A stretch of 64,000 nucleotides of DNA from an uncultured Chloroflexia bacterium (GTDB taxonomy: Bacteria; Chloroflexota; Anaerolineae; B4-G1; SLSP01). The stretch is from contig CAVVUS010000011.1 in the NCBI GenBank assembly GCA_963751345.1, positions 352,001-416,000 of the forward strand, in the 5' to 3' direction. The notes under the pieces were generated by a model. It was given only the letters and a program-made list of their open reading frames with translations, did not search any database and had not been told where the DNA came from. Both the position numbers and the translations under genes were made by a program. Shown here one piece after another: positions 10,769 to 22,466 of this stretch (its first letter is position 1; each line of letters starts with the position of its first letter).

Positions 10769-11338
10769 CTAGCTATGGGCCTCGAGTTGAGCCAGCGTTT
10801 GGATAATCAGGTCGGCTGCCATCGCGACCGTCAGGCGACGTGTGTTGATCACGAGGTCATAGAGCTCCGGGTCGTCCCAGTCGATCTTGTAGGCCTGGCG
10901 CACGTAGTTATACCTGGTGCGGTCACTGTTCTGCACCTGCGCTCTGGCCGCCGCGGCGGAGACGTGTTGGAGGGCAGCGGTCCGCTCGATGCGAAGCTCC
11001 ACGGGGGCGATGATTCTTGTGTGTAGGACGTGAGGCTGATCGCGCAGGACGACCTGGCCTGCGCGTCCCACGATGACGACGTCACCCGCGCTTGCCAGCT
11101 CGGCCAAGACCTGCCGGACACTCTGGTGATACGCCCGACGCTGTTGCAGGGTGGGCCGCACCTCAAGGAGCCCGAGGTCATCGAGGGCATCCAGCGCCAT
11201 CTCAGGCGCGCCTGACCGGGCAGCGGCCTCGTTGATCACCTCACGCCACACCATCCGATAACCGAGTGCTTCGGCTACCTGGCGGGCGATGGCGGTGCCC
11301 AGACTACCCATTTCGCGTGAGAGGGTGACAACCGGCAT
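10769..11338 (-). CDS. Cytidylate kinase-like family protein
   Basis: VTLSREMGSLG, VVIVGRAG, YDLVINT. Confidence 0.88.
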   Translation of the reverse strand: MPVVTLSREMGSLGTAIARQVAEALGYRMVWREVINEAAARSGAPEMALDALDDLGLLEVRPTLQQRRAYHQSVRQVLAELASAGDVVIVGRAGQVVLRDQPHVLHTRIIAPVELRIERTAALQHVSAAAARAQVQNSDRTRYNYVRQAYKIDWDDPELYDLVINTRRLTVAMAADLIIQTLAQLEAHS

Positions 11339-11392
11339 ACCTACACTCCGCGTCTGTCCACCTGCAGTCTGCTAGTGCTCAATGCTCTTCCC

Positions 11393-11401
11393 ATTATAGC
11401 A
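11393..11401 (-). promoter_or_regulatory. Extended -10 promoter for the cmk-like/hpt operon
   Basis: TGCTATAAT on the minus strand ~55 nt upstream of ATG 11338. Confidence 0.55.
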
Positions 11402-11516
11402 CTTCTCACGCTGGAAGTTTGCGGCGGCTCAAGTAAAATCACGATGCATAGCGTCGGCGTTGTTGGTGGTCACACCTACGCCGACACTCGTGCTCACTGG
11501 GTAGTGGAGGATCGCT

Positions 11517-12116
11517 ATGGTCGATGATGCACCGAATGCAGAGTCTCCGCCGGATGTGGAGACCGAGTCGAAGCAGAGCCGGCGACGGCAACGCCTGCTA
11601 CAATTTGGGGGGCTGATTCTCGCCCTGGCGATCACAGTCGTCGTCTATTCCTTCCGCAACCGGCTGCGCAGCGTCACCAGCTACGGCTATCTCGGGCTCT
11701 TCCTGATCAGCATCATCGGCAATGCCACGATCATCCTTCCCGTGCCGACCTTCCTGACCGCGTTTCTCGGCGGGGGGATCTACAACCCGGTGCTCGTCGG
11801 CGTTATTTCTGCCGCCGGGGCCACCATCGGGGAGCTTACCGGCTATCTTGCCGGCATCGGGGGAAAGGCCATCGTAGAGAACCAGGCGATGTACGACCGG
11901 TTCAGCCGCTGGATGGAACGATATGGGCTCGTGGCGCTCTTCGTCCTGGCGGCGATCCCCAACCCCTTCTTCGACGTCGCAGGAATCATCGCCGGGATGT
12001 CGCACATGCGCGTGTCGACCTACATGCTGGTGGTGTGGGCCGGCAAGATCGTGAAGTTTGTCCTGATTGCGTACCTTGGTGCGGGATCCATCGGCCTGCT
12101 GAATAGGCTGCCGTAG
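11517..12116 (+). CDS. VTT/DedA (SNARE-associated) membrane protein
   Basis: GATIGELTGYLAG, AAIPNPFFDVAGIIAG; GGAGG RBS. Confidence 0.88.
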   Translation: MVDDAPNAESPPDVETESKQSRRRQRLLQFGGLILALAITVVVYSFRNRLRSVTSYGYLGLFLISIIGNATIILPVPTFLTAFLGGGIYNPVLVGVISAAGATIGELTGYLAGIGGKAIVENQAMYDRFSRWMERYGLVALFVLAAIPNPFFDVAGIIAGMSHMRVSTYMLVVWAGKIVKFVLIAYLGAGSIGLLNRLP

Positions 12117-12133
12117 ACGCTGAGAGCGCTATG

Positions 12134-12220
12134 GGTGCCTGGCACCTGAGACGGAGACCCCGCCGCCGCGGGTTCTGCGCCTCAAGTGCCGGGGACTGCA
12201 GAAAGTCCCCGGCACTGCAG
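12134..12220. repeat. Composite palindromic element between convergent genes
   Basis: GGTGCC-T-GGCACC plus 13-bp stem AGTGCCGGGGACT/AGTCCCCGGCACT (12185-12216). Confidence 0.65.
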
Positions 12221-12235
12221 AAGCTACCTAACCAC

Positions 12236-13159
12236 CTACTCGACCGGCGTTAACCACCCGTACCGGTCATCTGCCTTGCCCGACAGAATGTCAAAGAAGG
12301 CGGTTTGCACGGCCTCGGTGATGGGACCGCGGTGCCCTTCGCCCACCGTGATGCGATCGATGGAGCGGATCGGTGTGACCTCCGCCGCTGTGCCGCTGAA
12401 GAAGGCCTCATCCGCCATATAGAGCATCTCCCTGGTGATGAACTCCTCCCTCACAGGGTAGCCCAGATCGTCCGCAAGCGTCATCACGCACTGGCGTGTG
12501 ATGCCCCTCAAGATGCTTGAGGCGAGCGGAGGCGTGAGGATGACGCCGTCGCGGATCACGAAGATGTTCTCGCCGCTGCCCTCGCTCACGAAGCCATTGG
12601 CGTCCATCGCGATGCCTTCGGCATAGCCGTTTTCGACGGCCTCCATCTTGATCAACTGCGAGTTGATATATTGCCCACCGATCTTGGCGTTGGCGGGGAA
12701 GGTGTTGTGCGCCATCCGCCCCCACGAGCTCACGCAGGCATCTATCCCTTGCTCGATCGCCTCTGGCCCCAGGTAGCGCCCCATGTAGATGGTCATCACG
12801 GCCACGTGGACCGGGCAGGGACGCGGGTCGACGCCGATCGTGCCGGATCCTCGATAGACGAGCGGACGCACGTAGGCCGATGTCAGCTTGTTGGCCTTGA
12901 CGGTGTCCACGCACGCCTGGGCTACGGCCTCCGGCGTGTAGCCCACGTCCATGCGATAGACTTTGCACGAGTCGAAGAGACGCCGGACGTGCGCTTCCAG
13001 GCAGAATATCGCGGGCGCGCCCTTCACGTCATACGCGCGGATGCCCTCAAAGACACTCGATCCGTAATGAAGCGCGTGAACAGAGATATGCACATTGGCC
13101 TGGTCCCAGGGCACCAGGATGCCGTCCATCCAGATGAAGTCCGTGGCATCAAGGGGCAT
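12236..13159 (-). CDS. ilvE: Branched-chain amino acid aminotransferase
   Basis: HALHYGSSVFEGIRAY, EGSGENIF, ILRGITR, GTAAEVTP. Confidence 0.96.
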   Translation of the reverse strand: MPLDATDFIWMDGILVPWDQANVHISVHALHYGSSVFEGIRAYDVKGAPAIFCLEAHVRRLFDSCKVYRMDVGYTPEAVAQACVDTVKANKLTSAYVRPLVYRGSGTIGVDPRPCPVHVAVMTIYMGRYLGPEAIEQGIDACVSSWGRMAHNTFPANAKIGGQYINSQLIKMEAVENGYAEGIAMDANGFVSEGSGENIFVIRDGVILTPPLASSILRGITRQCVMTLADDLGYPVREEFITREMLYMADEAFFSGTAAEVTPIRSIDRITVGEGHRGPITEAVQTAFFDILSGKADDRYGWLTPVE

Positions 13160-13185
13160 AATACTTCTCCTTCTCGGTTAGGTTG

Positions 13186-13260
13186 AGACCTTTGGGGTCA
13201 AGCCCGAATCTGCTCGGGTCTCAAGCCCGAGTCTGCTCGAGGCCGTAACCCCAAAGGTCT
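13186..13260. repeat. REP-like inverted repeat enclosing two 20-nt direct repeats
   Basis: AGACCTTTGGGGT...ACCCCAAAGGTCT; internal TCAAGCCCGA(A/G)TCTGCTCG x2; same arms as 24117-24148. Confidence 0.75.
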
Positions 13261-13267
13261 TCCGGAT

Positions 13268-14923
13268 CTACTTCAGAACCGCGCCCTCGCTGGCGGACGT
13301 GACGTGGGCCAGGTAGCGTGAGAGATAGCCTGTCTTGACCCGTGGTTCCGGCGGCGACCACCGCGCGCGGCGCTTCGCCAGGTCCTCGTCGCTCACGTGG
13401 AGCGTGATGCTGCGCTTCGGGATGTCGATCTCGATCAGATCGCCCTCCTCGACAAGTCCGATAGGTCCGCCGCTGGCCGCTTCAGGGGAGACGTGCCCGA
13501 CGGCCGCGCCGCGGGTCGCACCGGAGAATCGACCGTCGGTGATGAGCGCGACATCGTGGTCCAGTCCCATACCGGCGATGACCGACGTCGGCATCAGCAT
13601 CTCGCGCATCCCGGGCCCACCGCGCGGCCCTTCGTAGCGGATGACGACGATGTCGCCGGACTTGATCTCGCCGGCGAGGATCGCGGCAAGCGCCGCTTCC
13701 TCGCCATCGAAGACCCGAGCCGGACCGCTGTGGTGCATCATCTGCGGGGCGACGGCGCCTGCCTTCACGACGGCTCCGTCGGGTGCCACGTTGCCTCTCA
13801 GGATGGCCAATCCACCATTTGCGCTGTAGGGATCGTCCAGGGGGCGGATGACATTCGCGGATCGGAAGACAGGGCGGGCGTTCTCCGCGACCGTCTTGCC
13901 GGTCACCGTCGGAAGGTCACCGTGAATCAGCCCCTTTTCCAGAAGCTCTCCCATCACGGCAGGGATGCCCCCGGCTTCGTCGAGATCCTGCATGTGGTGG
14001 GGGCCTGCGGGCCGGAGCTTGACGAGGTAGGGAGTCCGGTCGCTGATCTCGTTATAGAGATCGAGCGGAAGTTCGATACCTGCGTCGTGGGCCACCGCGG
14101 GCAGATGGAGTACGGTATTGGTCGACCCACCGATCGCCATGTCGGTGGTGATGGCATTCTCAAAGGCGGCCAGCGTCATGATGTCACGCGGGCGGACGTT
14201 ATCCTTGACCAGGCTGAGGATTCGCATCCCGGCCATCTTTGCCAGGCGGATGCGCGCGGCCGTCACAGCCGGGATGGTGCCGTTGCCCGGCAGTCCCATG
14301 CCCAGTGCCTCGGTGAGGCAGTTCATCGTATTGGCTGTAAACAGACCCGAGCAGGACCCGCAGCCCGGGCAGGCCGCGAACTCCAGATCCCTGACCTCAT
14401 CCTCGCTGATCTTGCCGGCCTGGAAGCGCCCGACAGCCTCAAAGACGGTATTCAGGTCGATGTCATCGCCTTCGTACCGACCGGCCATCATCGGCCCACC
14501 GCTGACAAAGACCGACGGCACGTTCACGCGCCCTGCGGCCATCAGCATCCCCGGCACGATCTTGTCGCAGTTGGGGATGAAGACGATGCCATCGAAGGCG
14601 TGGCCGATGGCCATCGACTCGACCGAGTCGGCCACGAGCTCGCGGCTGGGCAGCGAGAAGTTCATACCCCCGTGGCCCATTGCGATGCCATCGCAGATAC
14701 CGATGACGTTGAATTCCAATGGCGTGCCCCCCGCTATGCGGACGCCCGCCTTGACCGCCTGGGCGATCTGGTTGAGGTGGATGTGGCCGGGCACGATCTC
14801 ATTGAACGAATTGGCGATGCCGATGATGGGCCGGTCCAGCTCCTCGGACGTCAGCCCGTTGGCGTAGAACAGACTCCTGTGGGGGGCTCGTTCGAACCCC
14901 TTCTTGACTAGATCACTTCGCAT
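13268..14923 (-). CDS. ilvD: Dihydroxy-acid dehydratase
   Basis: [45 protein letters not shown]. Confidence 0.97.
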   Translation of the reverse strand: MRSDLVKKGFERAPHRSLFYANGLTSEELDRPIIGIANSFNEIVPGHIHLNQIAQAVKAGVRIAGGTPLEFNVIGICDGIAMGHGGMNFSLPSRELVADSVESMAIGHAFDGIVFIPNCDKIVPGMLMAAGRVNVPSVFVSGGPMMAGRYEGDDIDLNTVFEAVGRFQAGKISEDEVRDLEFAACPGCGSCSGLFTANTMNCLTEALGMGLPGNGTIPAVTAARIRLAKMAGMRILSLVKDNVRPRDIMTLAAFENAITTDMAIGGSTNTVLHLPAVAHDAGIELPLDLYNEISDRTPYLVKLRPAGPHHMQDLDEAGGIPAVMGELLEKGLIHGDLPTVTGKTVAENARPVFRSANVIRPLDDPYSANGGLAILRGNVAPDGAVVKAGAVAPQMMHHSGPARVFDGEEAALAAILAGEIKSGDIVVIRYEGPRGGPGMREMLMPTSVIAGMGLDHDVALITDGRFSGATRGAAVGHVSPEAASGGPIGLVEEGDLIEIDIPKRSITLHVSDEDLAKRRARWSPPEPRVKTGYLSRYLAHVTSASEGAVLK

Positions 14924-14971
14924 GATGCCTCCACTCATTTGACACTTGCTGATTGTCCCGTGGGGATTTGG

Positions 14972-16039
14972 TTACTTGAGCGCCGCCACGGCCTGATCGC
15001 CCATCTGGACCGTACTGATGGGTGTGACGCCGGGACTTGCGATGTCCGGTGTCCGGTAGCCCGCCTCCAGCACGGCGACGACGGCCGACTCCACGGCCTG
15101 CGCCTCGGTCTCCAGTCCCAGGGAATAGCGCAGCAGCAGCGCCACGCTCAGGATTGTGGCCAGCGGGTTGGCGATGCCCTTGCCTGCAATATCCGGGGCG
15201 CTGCCATGAATCGGCTCGTAGACGCCATTGGTGCCGTCGCCCAGCGAGGCCGACGCGAGCATGCCCATCGAGCCTGCCAACATCGAGGCCTCATCGGTGA
15301 GGATGTCTCCGAACATATTTCCGGTGACGATCACGTCGAAATCCGAGGGCCGGCGCATCAGGTGCATGGCGGCCGAATCCACCAGCATATGCTCCAGGGT
15401 CACGTCCGGGTAGTCACGGCTGACCTCAACGACGACCTGTCGCCAGAGTCGAGAGACCGCGAGAACGTTGGCCTTGTCGACCGAGGTTAGCTTGCTGCGT
15501 CGCACGCGCGCCAACTGGAAGGCCTTATGCGCGATCCGCCGCACCTCGTCCGCTCCGTAGATCATCGTATCAAAGGCTGTCGGCACCTCGGCGGTCGCTT
15601 CCTGCCGGGCGCCGAAGTAGATGCCACCGGTCAGCTCTCGCACGACGAGCAGGTCCACACCCTCGAGACGCTCCGGGCGGAGCGGGGAGGCGTCCCTCAG
15701 CATCGGGAAGATCTGCACCGGGCGCAGGTTGGCATAGAGGCTCAGCCCCTTGCGCAACCCCAAGAGCCCCTGCTCTGGGCGGACCTTGGCCGTGGGGTCC
15801 GACCATTTGGGGCCACCCACGGCGCCGAGCAGAACCGCGTCCGCTGAGCGGCAGGCCGTAAGCGTCGAATCGGGGAGAGGGCTGCCGGTCGTGTCGATGG
15901 CGCCGCCTCCGATGGGGCACTGCTGGAATGAGAAGTCGTGGCTGTAGGCTTTCGCGACGGCCCTGAGCATCTTGACGCCCTCGGCGACGACCTCGACGCC
16001 GATGCCATCGCCGGGCAGCGTGACGATCTGAGCTTTCAT
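14972..16039 (-). CDS. leuB: 3-isopropylmalate dehydrogenase
   Basis: [41 protein letters not shown]. Confidence 0.97.
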   Translation of the reverse strand: MKAQIVTLPGDGIGVEVVAEGVKMLRAVAKAYSHDFSFQQCPIGGGAIDTTGSPLPDSTLTACRSADAVLLGAVGGPKWSDPTAKVRPEQGLLGLRKGLSLYANLRPVQIFPMLRDASPLRPERLEGVDLLVVRELTGGIYFGARQEATAEVPTAFDTMIYGADEVRRIAHKAFQLARVRRSKLTSVDKANVLAVSRLWRQVVVEVSRDYPDVTLEHMLVDSAAMHLMRRPSDFDVIVTGNMFGDILTDEASMLAGSMGMLASASLGDGTNGVYEPIHGSAPDIAGKGIANPLATILSVALLLRYSLGLETEAQAVESAVVAVLEAGYRTPDIASPGVTPISTVQMGDQAVAALK

Positions 16040-16104
16040 TGGATCTCCTTAGTTTTGTCTGAACCTTGCGAAGGGCGTGCGTATGTTTTTCGGCATTGCC
16101 CTTG

Positions 16105-16233
16105 GTAGAGACGGGGCGGCGCCCCGTCTTCTGGCGTGCAAGCTCCCTTGGACGCCGGCATGGTCTTCGTCGTGCACGCCTCCACATCGGTTGCTGCCCC
16201 GCGTCCGAAGACGTGCCGCCGGCACGTCTCTAC
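16105..16233. repeat. Inverted pair of GTAG-type REP palindromes
   Basis: GTAGAGACGGGGCGGCGCCCCGTCT (+, 16105-16129) and GTAGAGACGTGCCGGCGGCACGTCT (-, 16209-16233). Confidence 0.75.
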
Positions 16234-16245
16234 GAGAAGCTGTTG

Positions 16246-16923
16246 CTAAGCATACACCTTCATTCTCCCCACCTCAGCCTCGGGTGAGACGAGACGCACG
16301 TAGTCGCGCAAGCTCCCGAGATGCTCCTCGACTGCCGGCTCGCCGATGCCTGCGGGCGCATAGACCGTAAAGAGGACGCTGCGGGTCTCGGGTCGTATCC
16401 TTGTCCGCTGGTCCGGCCCATAGATGATGCTCGAAAGCACCCCGATAGTGTCGGCGATATACATGTCCTGCGGCTTGAGTGTCTGCAGATCGCCCCTGAT
16501 CCCGGTGTAGGATTCGCTCCCGTCCGCCACGTGGATCGTGACCGGCGGCTCCACGATATCCAGATCGTGGCCTGCCGTGAGGAGGAGATGCTCCAACTCC
16601 GCCATAAACATGGCCTCGACCAGGGGAGCCGTGCTGGCAATCGGGCGCCCCTTCAGGACCACCGACTCCAACTGCTGCTGTACGTGGTACGTTTTCTTGA
16701 ACCTCTTGTAATAGGCGGTGTAGGCCTCGATCACGGGCAGGGCTTTGATCCCGGCGCGGTCCAGCCCGCCGTAGCGCTGCCGGAGGCGATCCTCCAGCGC
16801 TGCCTTCTGGGCATCGAGATCCGTACACGCGTCGGGATTCGCCACACCGTGCATCGTGAGAACCCCGATGCAGGCCCCGGGATAGGCTGCCCGCCAGTCG
16901 TCTGCAATGGCCAGCTCCATCAT
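16246..16923 (-). CDS. Standalone B3/4 (PheRS beta editing-like) domain protein
   Basis: LPVIEAYTAYYKRF, LLTAGHDLD, DMYIADTIGVLSSIIYGPDQRTRI..TRSVLFTVYAP. Confidence 0.8.
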   Translation of the reverse strand: MMELAIADDWRAAYPGACIGVLTMHGVANPDACTDLDAQKAALEDRLRQRYGGLDRAGIKALPVIEAYTAYYKRFKKTYHVQQQLESVVLKGRPIASTAPLVEAMFMAELEHLLLTAGHDLDIVEPPVTIHVADGSESYTGIRGDLQTLKPQDMYIADTIGVLSSIIYGPDQRTRIRPETRSVLFTVYAPAGIGEPAVEEHLGSLRDYVRLVSPEAEVGRMKVYA

Positions 16924-16952
16924 GTCTGCAATCCTTTGTCGTCCTGCTTGGC

Positions 16953-18531
16953 TTAGGTTACGGTCAACCCGTACTCTATCCCGTCTGCCAGGGCTGTCCA
17001 GGAGGCCTCAATGATGTTGGCGGAGGCGCCGACGGTACTCCACCGGCGCGAGCCGTTCTGCATATCGAGCAGGACCCGCGTCGTAGCCGCCGTTCCCGCG
17101 TCGCTGTCGAGGATGTGCACCTTGTAGTCGGCGAGCTCGAAGTCTGCCAGATGCGGGTAGACCGGAACCAGCGCCTTGCGCAGGGCCTGATCCATCGCGT
17201 TGACGGGGCCGTTTCCCTCGGCTGCAGTATGGTAGATCTGGTTGTTGACCCTGATCTTTACCGTGGCCTCGGCAAAGACGCCTCGGCCCTCCCGGTGCTC
17301 GACCACGGCCATGAAGTCGATCAGCTCGAAGGGTGGCTTGTACCCATCGCGCGACCGGAGGAGCATCAGCTCGACGGACGCGTCGGCACCCTCAAACGTG
17401 AAGCCCCGGTATTCGAGCTCCTTGATCTGCTGCAGCACCTCCGGGAGATCCTCGAGCTCCTTGGTATCCAGCCCCATCTCGTCGGCCTTGCTCAGCAGGT
17501 TGCCGCGCCCGGAGAGCTCTGAGATCACCACGCGGGATCCGTTACCCACCAGTTCAGGGTCGACGTGCTGGTAGCTCAGGATGTTCCGTCGCATCGCGGC
17601 GACGTGGATCCCACCCTTGTGCGCAAATGCACTCAGTCCCACGTAAGGTGCGTGCCGGTTGGGGGGCTGGTTCGCCACCGATGTGACGGCGCGGGCCGTT
17701 CTCGTCAACTGCGCCAGTTGTCCCTCGGGCAGCGCCTTGAGCTGCATCTTGAGCTCCAGCGACGGGATGATCGTGCAGAGGTCGGCGTTGCCGCATCGTT
17801 CGCCGTAGCCGTTCATTGTGCCCTGCACTTGACTGGCTCCGGCGCGGACCGCGGCAAGCGTGTTCGCCACGGCTACACCGCCGTCGTTGTGCGCGTGGAT
17901 GCCGTATGCGATGTCGGGGAAGCGCTCGCTCAACGCTTGTCGCACCTCCCCGACGATGGTCTCGACCTCCCAGGGCATTGTTCCCCCGTTGGTATCGCAA
18001 AGACAGAGCAAGTCTGCCCCGCTGCCTGCGGCAGCCTCCAGCGTGGCAAGCGCGTAGGCGGGGTCGGCCTTATAGCCGTCGAAGAAGTGCTCGGCATCGT
18101 AGATGACCTCTTTGCCGCACTGCCTTGAGATAGGAGGTGCTGTCGCGGATGATGCGCAGGTTCTCCTCCGGCGTGGTGCGCAGCACGTCGCTGACGTGAA
18201 GCATCCAGCTCTTCCCAACCAGGGCGATGGTTGGCGTATCCGCGCCGACCATCGCCTGGATATTGGCGTCATCCTCCGGCTTGCTGCCCACCCGACAGGT
18301 ACTGCCAAAGGCCGTGATTCGCGCGTGTTTGAGGTCCAGATCCCGGACGCGCTCGAAGTAGGCCACGTCCTTGGGGTTGGAGCCGGGCCATCCGCCCTCA
18401 ATGTAGTCGACGCCCAGGTCGTCCAGCAGTTGGGTGATCTTTATCTTGTCCTCGACGGACAGGGAGATCCCCTCCGCCTGCGTGCCATCACGCAGCGTTG
18501 TATCGTATAGCCAGACTCGCTCTTCTCCCAT
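16953..18531 (-). CDS. cimA: Citramalate synthase, frameshifted near 18125
   Basis: YDTTLRDGTQAEG, EGGWPGSNPKD, YDAEHFFDG, HAHND, AFAHKGGIH, SELSGRGN. Confidence 0.92.
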
Positions 18532-18677
18532 TGTGCTCCCCCTCTTTGCTCAGACTCGCGGAACCGCGGTTCGTAATAATCACACCCTCGTACGATCCGC
18601 CACCCGGCGATCAAGTCGCCGGGCTACCTGCAACACCCCATCAATGGGGCTCAGCACTCCATCTGTGGACCTGAGAA

Positions 18678-18736
18678 GCCCGATTTATCGGGCGCAGCCT
18701 GGTAGCACGGGGATTCATCGCGCTTGATCCCCGTGC
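18678..18736. repeat. Two REP-like palindromes in the leuD-cimA spacer
   Basis: GCCCGATTTATCGGGC and GTAGCACGGGGAT...ATCCCCGTGC. Confidence 0.6.
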
Positions 18737-18759
18737 AGTGACTGATGAAACTCACCTGA

Positions 18760-19284
18760 TCAACCCTGCAGCCTCGCCCTGGTATAAGGTACCAACCCTC
18801 CCGCCTCGATGATGCCCATGATGAAGGGCGGGAACGGCGAGGTCTGATAGACCTTGCCGGACGTAAGATTCGTGATCTGGCCGGTCTCCAGGCTGACGCT
18901 CATCTCGTCGCCCTTCTTGGCGTCACGGGCGGCGTCGGCGCAGACGAGAATCGGCAGCCCGATGTTGATCGCATTGCGATAGAAGATGCGGGCGAAGCTC
19001 TCGGCGACCACGCAGGAGATCCCCGAGCCCTTGATGGCGAGGGGTGCGTGCTCACGCGACGACCCACACCCGAAGTTCTCACCCCCAACGATGATGTCGC
19101 CGCTCTCGACGCCGTCGACGAAGGTGGGGTCGATATCCTCCATACAATGCTGCGCCAGCTCCTCGGCCGTCGACATGTTCAGATAGCGAGCCGGGATGAT
19201 GACGTCGGTGTCGATGTTGTCGCCGTACTTCCACGCCTTACCGTGTAAGGTCCTGCCCTGCAGGGCCACGCCTTGCTGCGTCAT
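18760..19284 (-). CDS. leuD: 3-isopropylmalate dehydratase small subunit
   Basis: [33 protein letters not shown]. Confidence 0.95.
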   Translation of the reverse strand: MTQQGVALQGRTLHGKAWKYGDNIDTDVIIPARYLNMSTAEELAQHCMEDIDPTFVDGVESGDIIVGGENFGCGSSREHAPLAIKGSGISCVVAESFARIFYRNAINIGLPILVCADAARDAKKGDEMSVSLETGQITNLTSGKVYQTSPFPPFIMGIIEAGGLVPYTRARLQG

Positions 19285-20558
19285 GCCACCACCTCCTCAG
19301 GACCGGCAATGCGTCCCAGGACGGCAGAGGCTGCCGCGACCGCGGGCCCGCTCAGGTAGACTTCGCTGTCCGTATGTCCCATCCGGCCGCGGAAGTTGCG
19401 GTTGGTCGTGCTCACCGCGCGCTCACCCGCGGCAAGGATGCCCATATAGCCGCCCAGACACGGGCCACACGTGGGCGTGCTGACCACGGCGCCTGCCTCG
19501 ATGAAGGTCTCGATCAGGCCCTCGCGGAGCGCATCCAGGTAGACCTGCTGGGTCCCGGGAATGACGATGCAGCGCACATCCGCATGGACGCTCCGCCCAC
19601 GCAAGATATCGGCCGCAACCCGCAGGTCCTCCATCCGCCCGTTGGTACACGAGCCGATCACGGCTTGGTCGATCTTCACGTCGGCCGCGTCGGAGACGGG
19701 TCGGGCGTTCTCCGGAAGATGCGGGAAGGCGACCTGGAGTGGGATCTTCGACACGTCGATCTCGATCACCTCGGCGAACCGGGCGTCATCGTCCGTGCGC
19801 AGAACGCGATAGTCGCGCTTGGCCCGGCCCTCGACGTAGCTCGTCGTGGCATCGTCCACCATGAAGAGCCCCGCCTTGGCCCCGGCCTCGATGGCCATAT
19901 TGGCCATCGTGAACCGACCGGCCATCGACAGTGCGTCGATCGCGGGCCCGGTGAACTCCATCGCCCGGTAGAGCGCGCCGCTCACGCCGATCTGGCCGAT
20001 GGTGTAGAGGATCAGGTCCTTGCCCCCGACCCAGGGTTGGAGCTCGCCCGTATAGACGAAGCGCATCGTCTCGGGGACGCGCATCCAGATCTGGCCGGTT
20101 GCCATCGCCACGGCGATGTCCGTGGATCCCATACCGGTGGCGAAAGCGCCGAGGGCGCCGTAGGTGCACGTGTGCGAATCGGCGCCGACGATGAGATCCC
20201 CCGGCAGAACCAGGCCTTTTTCCGGCAGCAACACGTGCTCGATGCCCATCTTGCCGACGTCGTAGTGATAGGGCAGGTTCTGCTGATGGGCGAACCGGCG
20301 CATCATTGCGCACTGCTCGGCTGACTTGATATCCTTGTTGGGCGCGAAGTGATCGGCAACCATCACGATCTTGTCCGGATCGAAGACCCGGTCGACCCCC
20401 AGTTTCTCGAACTCGCGCAGCGCAATCGGCGCCGTGATGTCGTTGGCCAACACCACGTCGACGGCGACCTCGACCAGGTCGCCGGGGCTTACGTCCTGCC
20501 CCCCGTCCTGGCCCGCGACATGCTCTCCGATGATCTTCTCAGCTAGCGTATGTCCCAT
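19281..20558 (-). CDS. leuC: 3-isopropylmalate dehydratase large subunit (short type)
   Basis: [37 protein letters not shown]. Confidence 0.95.
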   Translation of the reverse strand: MGHTLAEKIIGEHVAGQDGGQDVSPGDLVEVAVDVVLANDITAPIALREFEKLGVDRVFDPDKIVMVADHFAPNKDIKSAEQCAMMRRFAHQQNLPYHYDVGKMGIEHVLLPEKGLVLPGDLIVGADSHTCTYGALGAFATGMGSTDIAVAMATGQIWMRVPETMRFVYTGELQPWVGGKDLILYTIGQIGVSGALYRAMEFTGPAIDALSMAGRFTMANMAIEAGAKAGLFMVDDATTSYVEGRAKRDYRVLRTDDDARFAEVIEIDVSKIPLQVAFPHLPENARPVSDAADVKIDQAVIGSCTNGRMEDLRVAADILRGRSVHADVRCIVIPGTQQVYLDALREGLIETFIEAGAVVSTPTCGPCLGGYMGILAAGERAVSTTNRNFRGRMGHTDSEVYLSGPAVAAASAVLGRIAGPEEVVA

Positions 20559-20575
20559 ATCCCATTCCCTCTGAA

Positions 20576-20776
20576 CTATGCCTCGTCATCGAGACGCTCT
20601 GTTTGTTCCTTCGGACCGTTCAGGCGCGGGGGCTTCTCCAACTCTTCGAAGTCCCACTTGGCCGACCAGCCCGCAGGCTGTGGAAAAGACTCCCAGTGCT
20701 TCGCCGCCCGTTCGGCCCCCTCGGTCGTAAGGACGGTGTCCGCATCGACGGTGCTTGGTTCTCGCTTTGTCTTCAT
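20576..20776 (-). CDS. 66-aa hypothetical protein within the leu operon
   Basis: GGGAGG RBS then ATG 20776; fills the leuA-leuC gap. Confidence 0.55.
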   Translation of the reverse strand: MKTKREPSTVDADTVLTTEGAERAAKHWESFPQPAGWSAKWDFEELEKPPRLNGPKEQTERLDDEA

Positions 20777-20867
20777 CGCACGCCTCCCACCTGATAGCCT
20801 TGCTTGGTATCCGGGTTGCGCGCCGCAGACGGCGTTGCGCAGCAACCCGGAAGGTTCCTGATGTCAC

Positions 20868-22442
20868 TTACACGTGCTGCGCGTCCCGCCGCGCGGCGAT
20901 GAGCCGGTTCAGTGCAAACATATAAGCCCTGGCGCAGGCGACCACGATGTCGTTATCGGCGCCGTGGCCGCTGAAGATTGTGCGCGCCTCCCCGTTGACG
21001 GGCTCCTGCGCGCGGATGCGGATCGTCACCCGCCCGACCGCATCCAAACCCTCGGTGATGGCCTCGATGGAGAACTCGGTGAGCTCGTTGGCCTCCCCGA
21101 TGACACGATTGATGGCGCGGTAGACGGCATCCACCGGGCCCGAGCCGTGGTCGGCGTCGCAGTAGACCGTGCCGTCCGGGCCCGTGATCTGGACCGTCGC
21201 CGTGGGTATGCTGTGATCGCCGCACGAGACCTGTACGTGGTCGAGGTGATAGGTTTCCTCGAAGAACATCTCGGCCTCGTCGGCGACGATGGCCTCCAGG
21301 TCGCGCGTTTCGACCGTCTTCTTCTTATCCGCCACGTCCAGGAACCGGTGGTAGACCTTCTCGAACTTCTCGTCGCCGAGTTTGTAGCCCAACTCCTCCA
21401 GGCGATGACGGAGTCCGTGCCGGCCCGATCGTGCCGAAAGAATGATTTCGGAGTCGGGTACGCCCACGTCCCGTGGGTTGATGATCTCGTAGGTGGTGCG
21501 CTCTTTGAGCACGCCATCCTGGTGAATGCCCGACGAATGAGCAAACGCGTTGGAGCCGATGATGGCCTTGTTGGGCTGCACCGGGATGCCGGTGAGGTTG
21601 CTGACGAGGCGACTGATCGGGTAGAGCCGCTTGGTGTCGATGCCGACGCCGATGCCGAAGCTGTCCCGGCGCGTCATCAACGCCATAACGACCTCTTCCA
21701 GGGAAGCGTTCCCCGCTCGCTCGCCGATCCCATTGACGGTGACCTCGACCTGGCGCGCCCCGTTGCGGACACCGGCCAGCGTGTTGGCGGTCGCCATACC
21801 CAGGTCGTTGTGACAGTGCACGGAGATGACGGCCTTGTCGACGTTGGGCACGTTGTTCGTGATGCCCCGGATCAACGCCCCGAATTCCTCCGGTGTCGTG
21901 TACCCGGTGGTGTCCGGGATGTTGATGACGGTCGCCCCTGCATCGATCACCGCCTCGAGCACCCGATAGAGGTACTCGGGGTCGGCGCGTCCGGCGTCCT
22001 CGGTGTAGTACTGCACGTCATCCACGAACGTCTTGGCATAGCGGACGGCCTCCACGCCCATCTGCATGGCGCCCTCTCGCGTGGTGTGTAGCTTCTGCAA
22101 GACGTGCACGTCGGAGACGCCCAGCCCGGTGTGAATCCGCGGCCGAGCGGCCCCCTTGAGGGCCGCAGCCGCCGATTCGATGTCGCCCTTCCGGGCGCGG
22201 GTGAGGCCGCAGATGGTGCAGTTCCGTATCTCCTGAGAGATAAGCTGTACCGCACGGAAGTCGCCCGGTGAGGAGATGGGGAACCCCGCTTCGATGACGT
22301 CGACGCCCAGGGCCTCCAACACCCTGGCGATCTCCAGCTTCTCGTCTACGTTGAGCGCAGCGCCCGGCGATTGTTCACCGTCCCGCAGGGTTGTGTCAAA
22401 GACGATAATGTTGTTGTCCGTACTAACCCCACTCTCATCCAT
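20868..22442 (-). CDS. leuA: 2-isopropylmalate synthase
   Basis: [37 protein letters not shown]-terminal allosteric domain. Confidence 0.96.
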   Translation of the reverse strand: MDESGVSTDNNIIVFDTTLRDGEQSPGAALNVDEKLEIARVLEALGVDVIEAGFPISSPGDFRAVQLISQEIRNCTICGLTRARKGDIESAAAALKGAARPRIHTGLGVSDVHVLQKLHTTREGAMQMGVEAVRYAKTFVDDVQYYTEDAGRADPEYLYRVLEAVIDAGATVINIPDTTGYTTPEEFGALIRGITNNVPNVDKAVISVHCHNDLGMATANTLAGVRNGARQVEVTVNGIGERAGNASLEEVVMALMTRRDSFGIGVGIDTKRLYPISRLVSNLTGIPVQPNKAIIGSNAFAHSSGIHQDGVLKERTTYEIINPRDVGVPDSEIILSARSGRHGLRHRLEELGYKLGDEKFEKVYHRFLDVADKKKTVETRDLEAIVADEAEMFFEETYHLDHVQVSCGDHSIPTATVQITGPDGTVYCDADHGSGPVDAVYRAINRVIGEANELTEFSIEAITEGLDAVGRVTIRIRAQEPVNGEARTIFSGHGADNDIVVACARAYMFALNRLIAARRDAQHV

Positions 22443-22466
22443 ACGAATTGTCCTCCTTACCCGCTA

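Noticed and set aside
13198-13240. Direct repeats as a possible mini CRISPR array
   Set aside because: Only two ~20-nt units with a 3-nt gap; no spacers and no cas genes
13397-14911. Long antisense ORFs (also 77-1192, 20874-22091, 36035-37393, 57465-58829)
   Set aside because: Shadow ORFs expected opposite real genes in high-GC DNA
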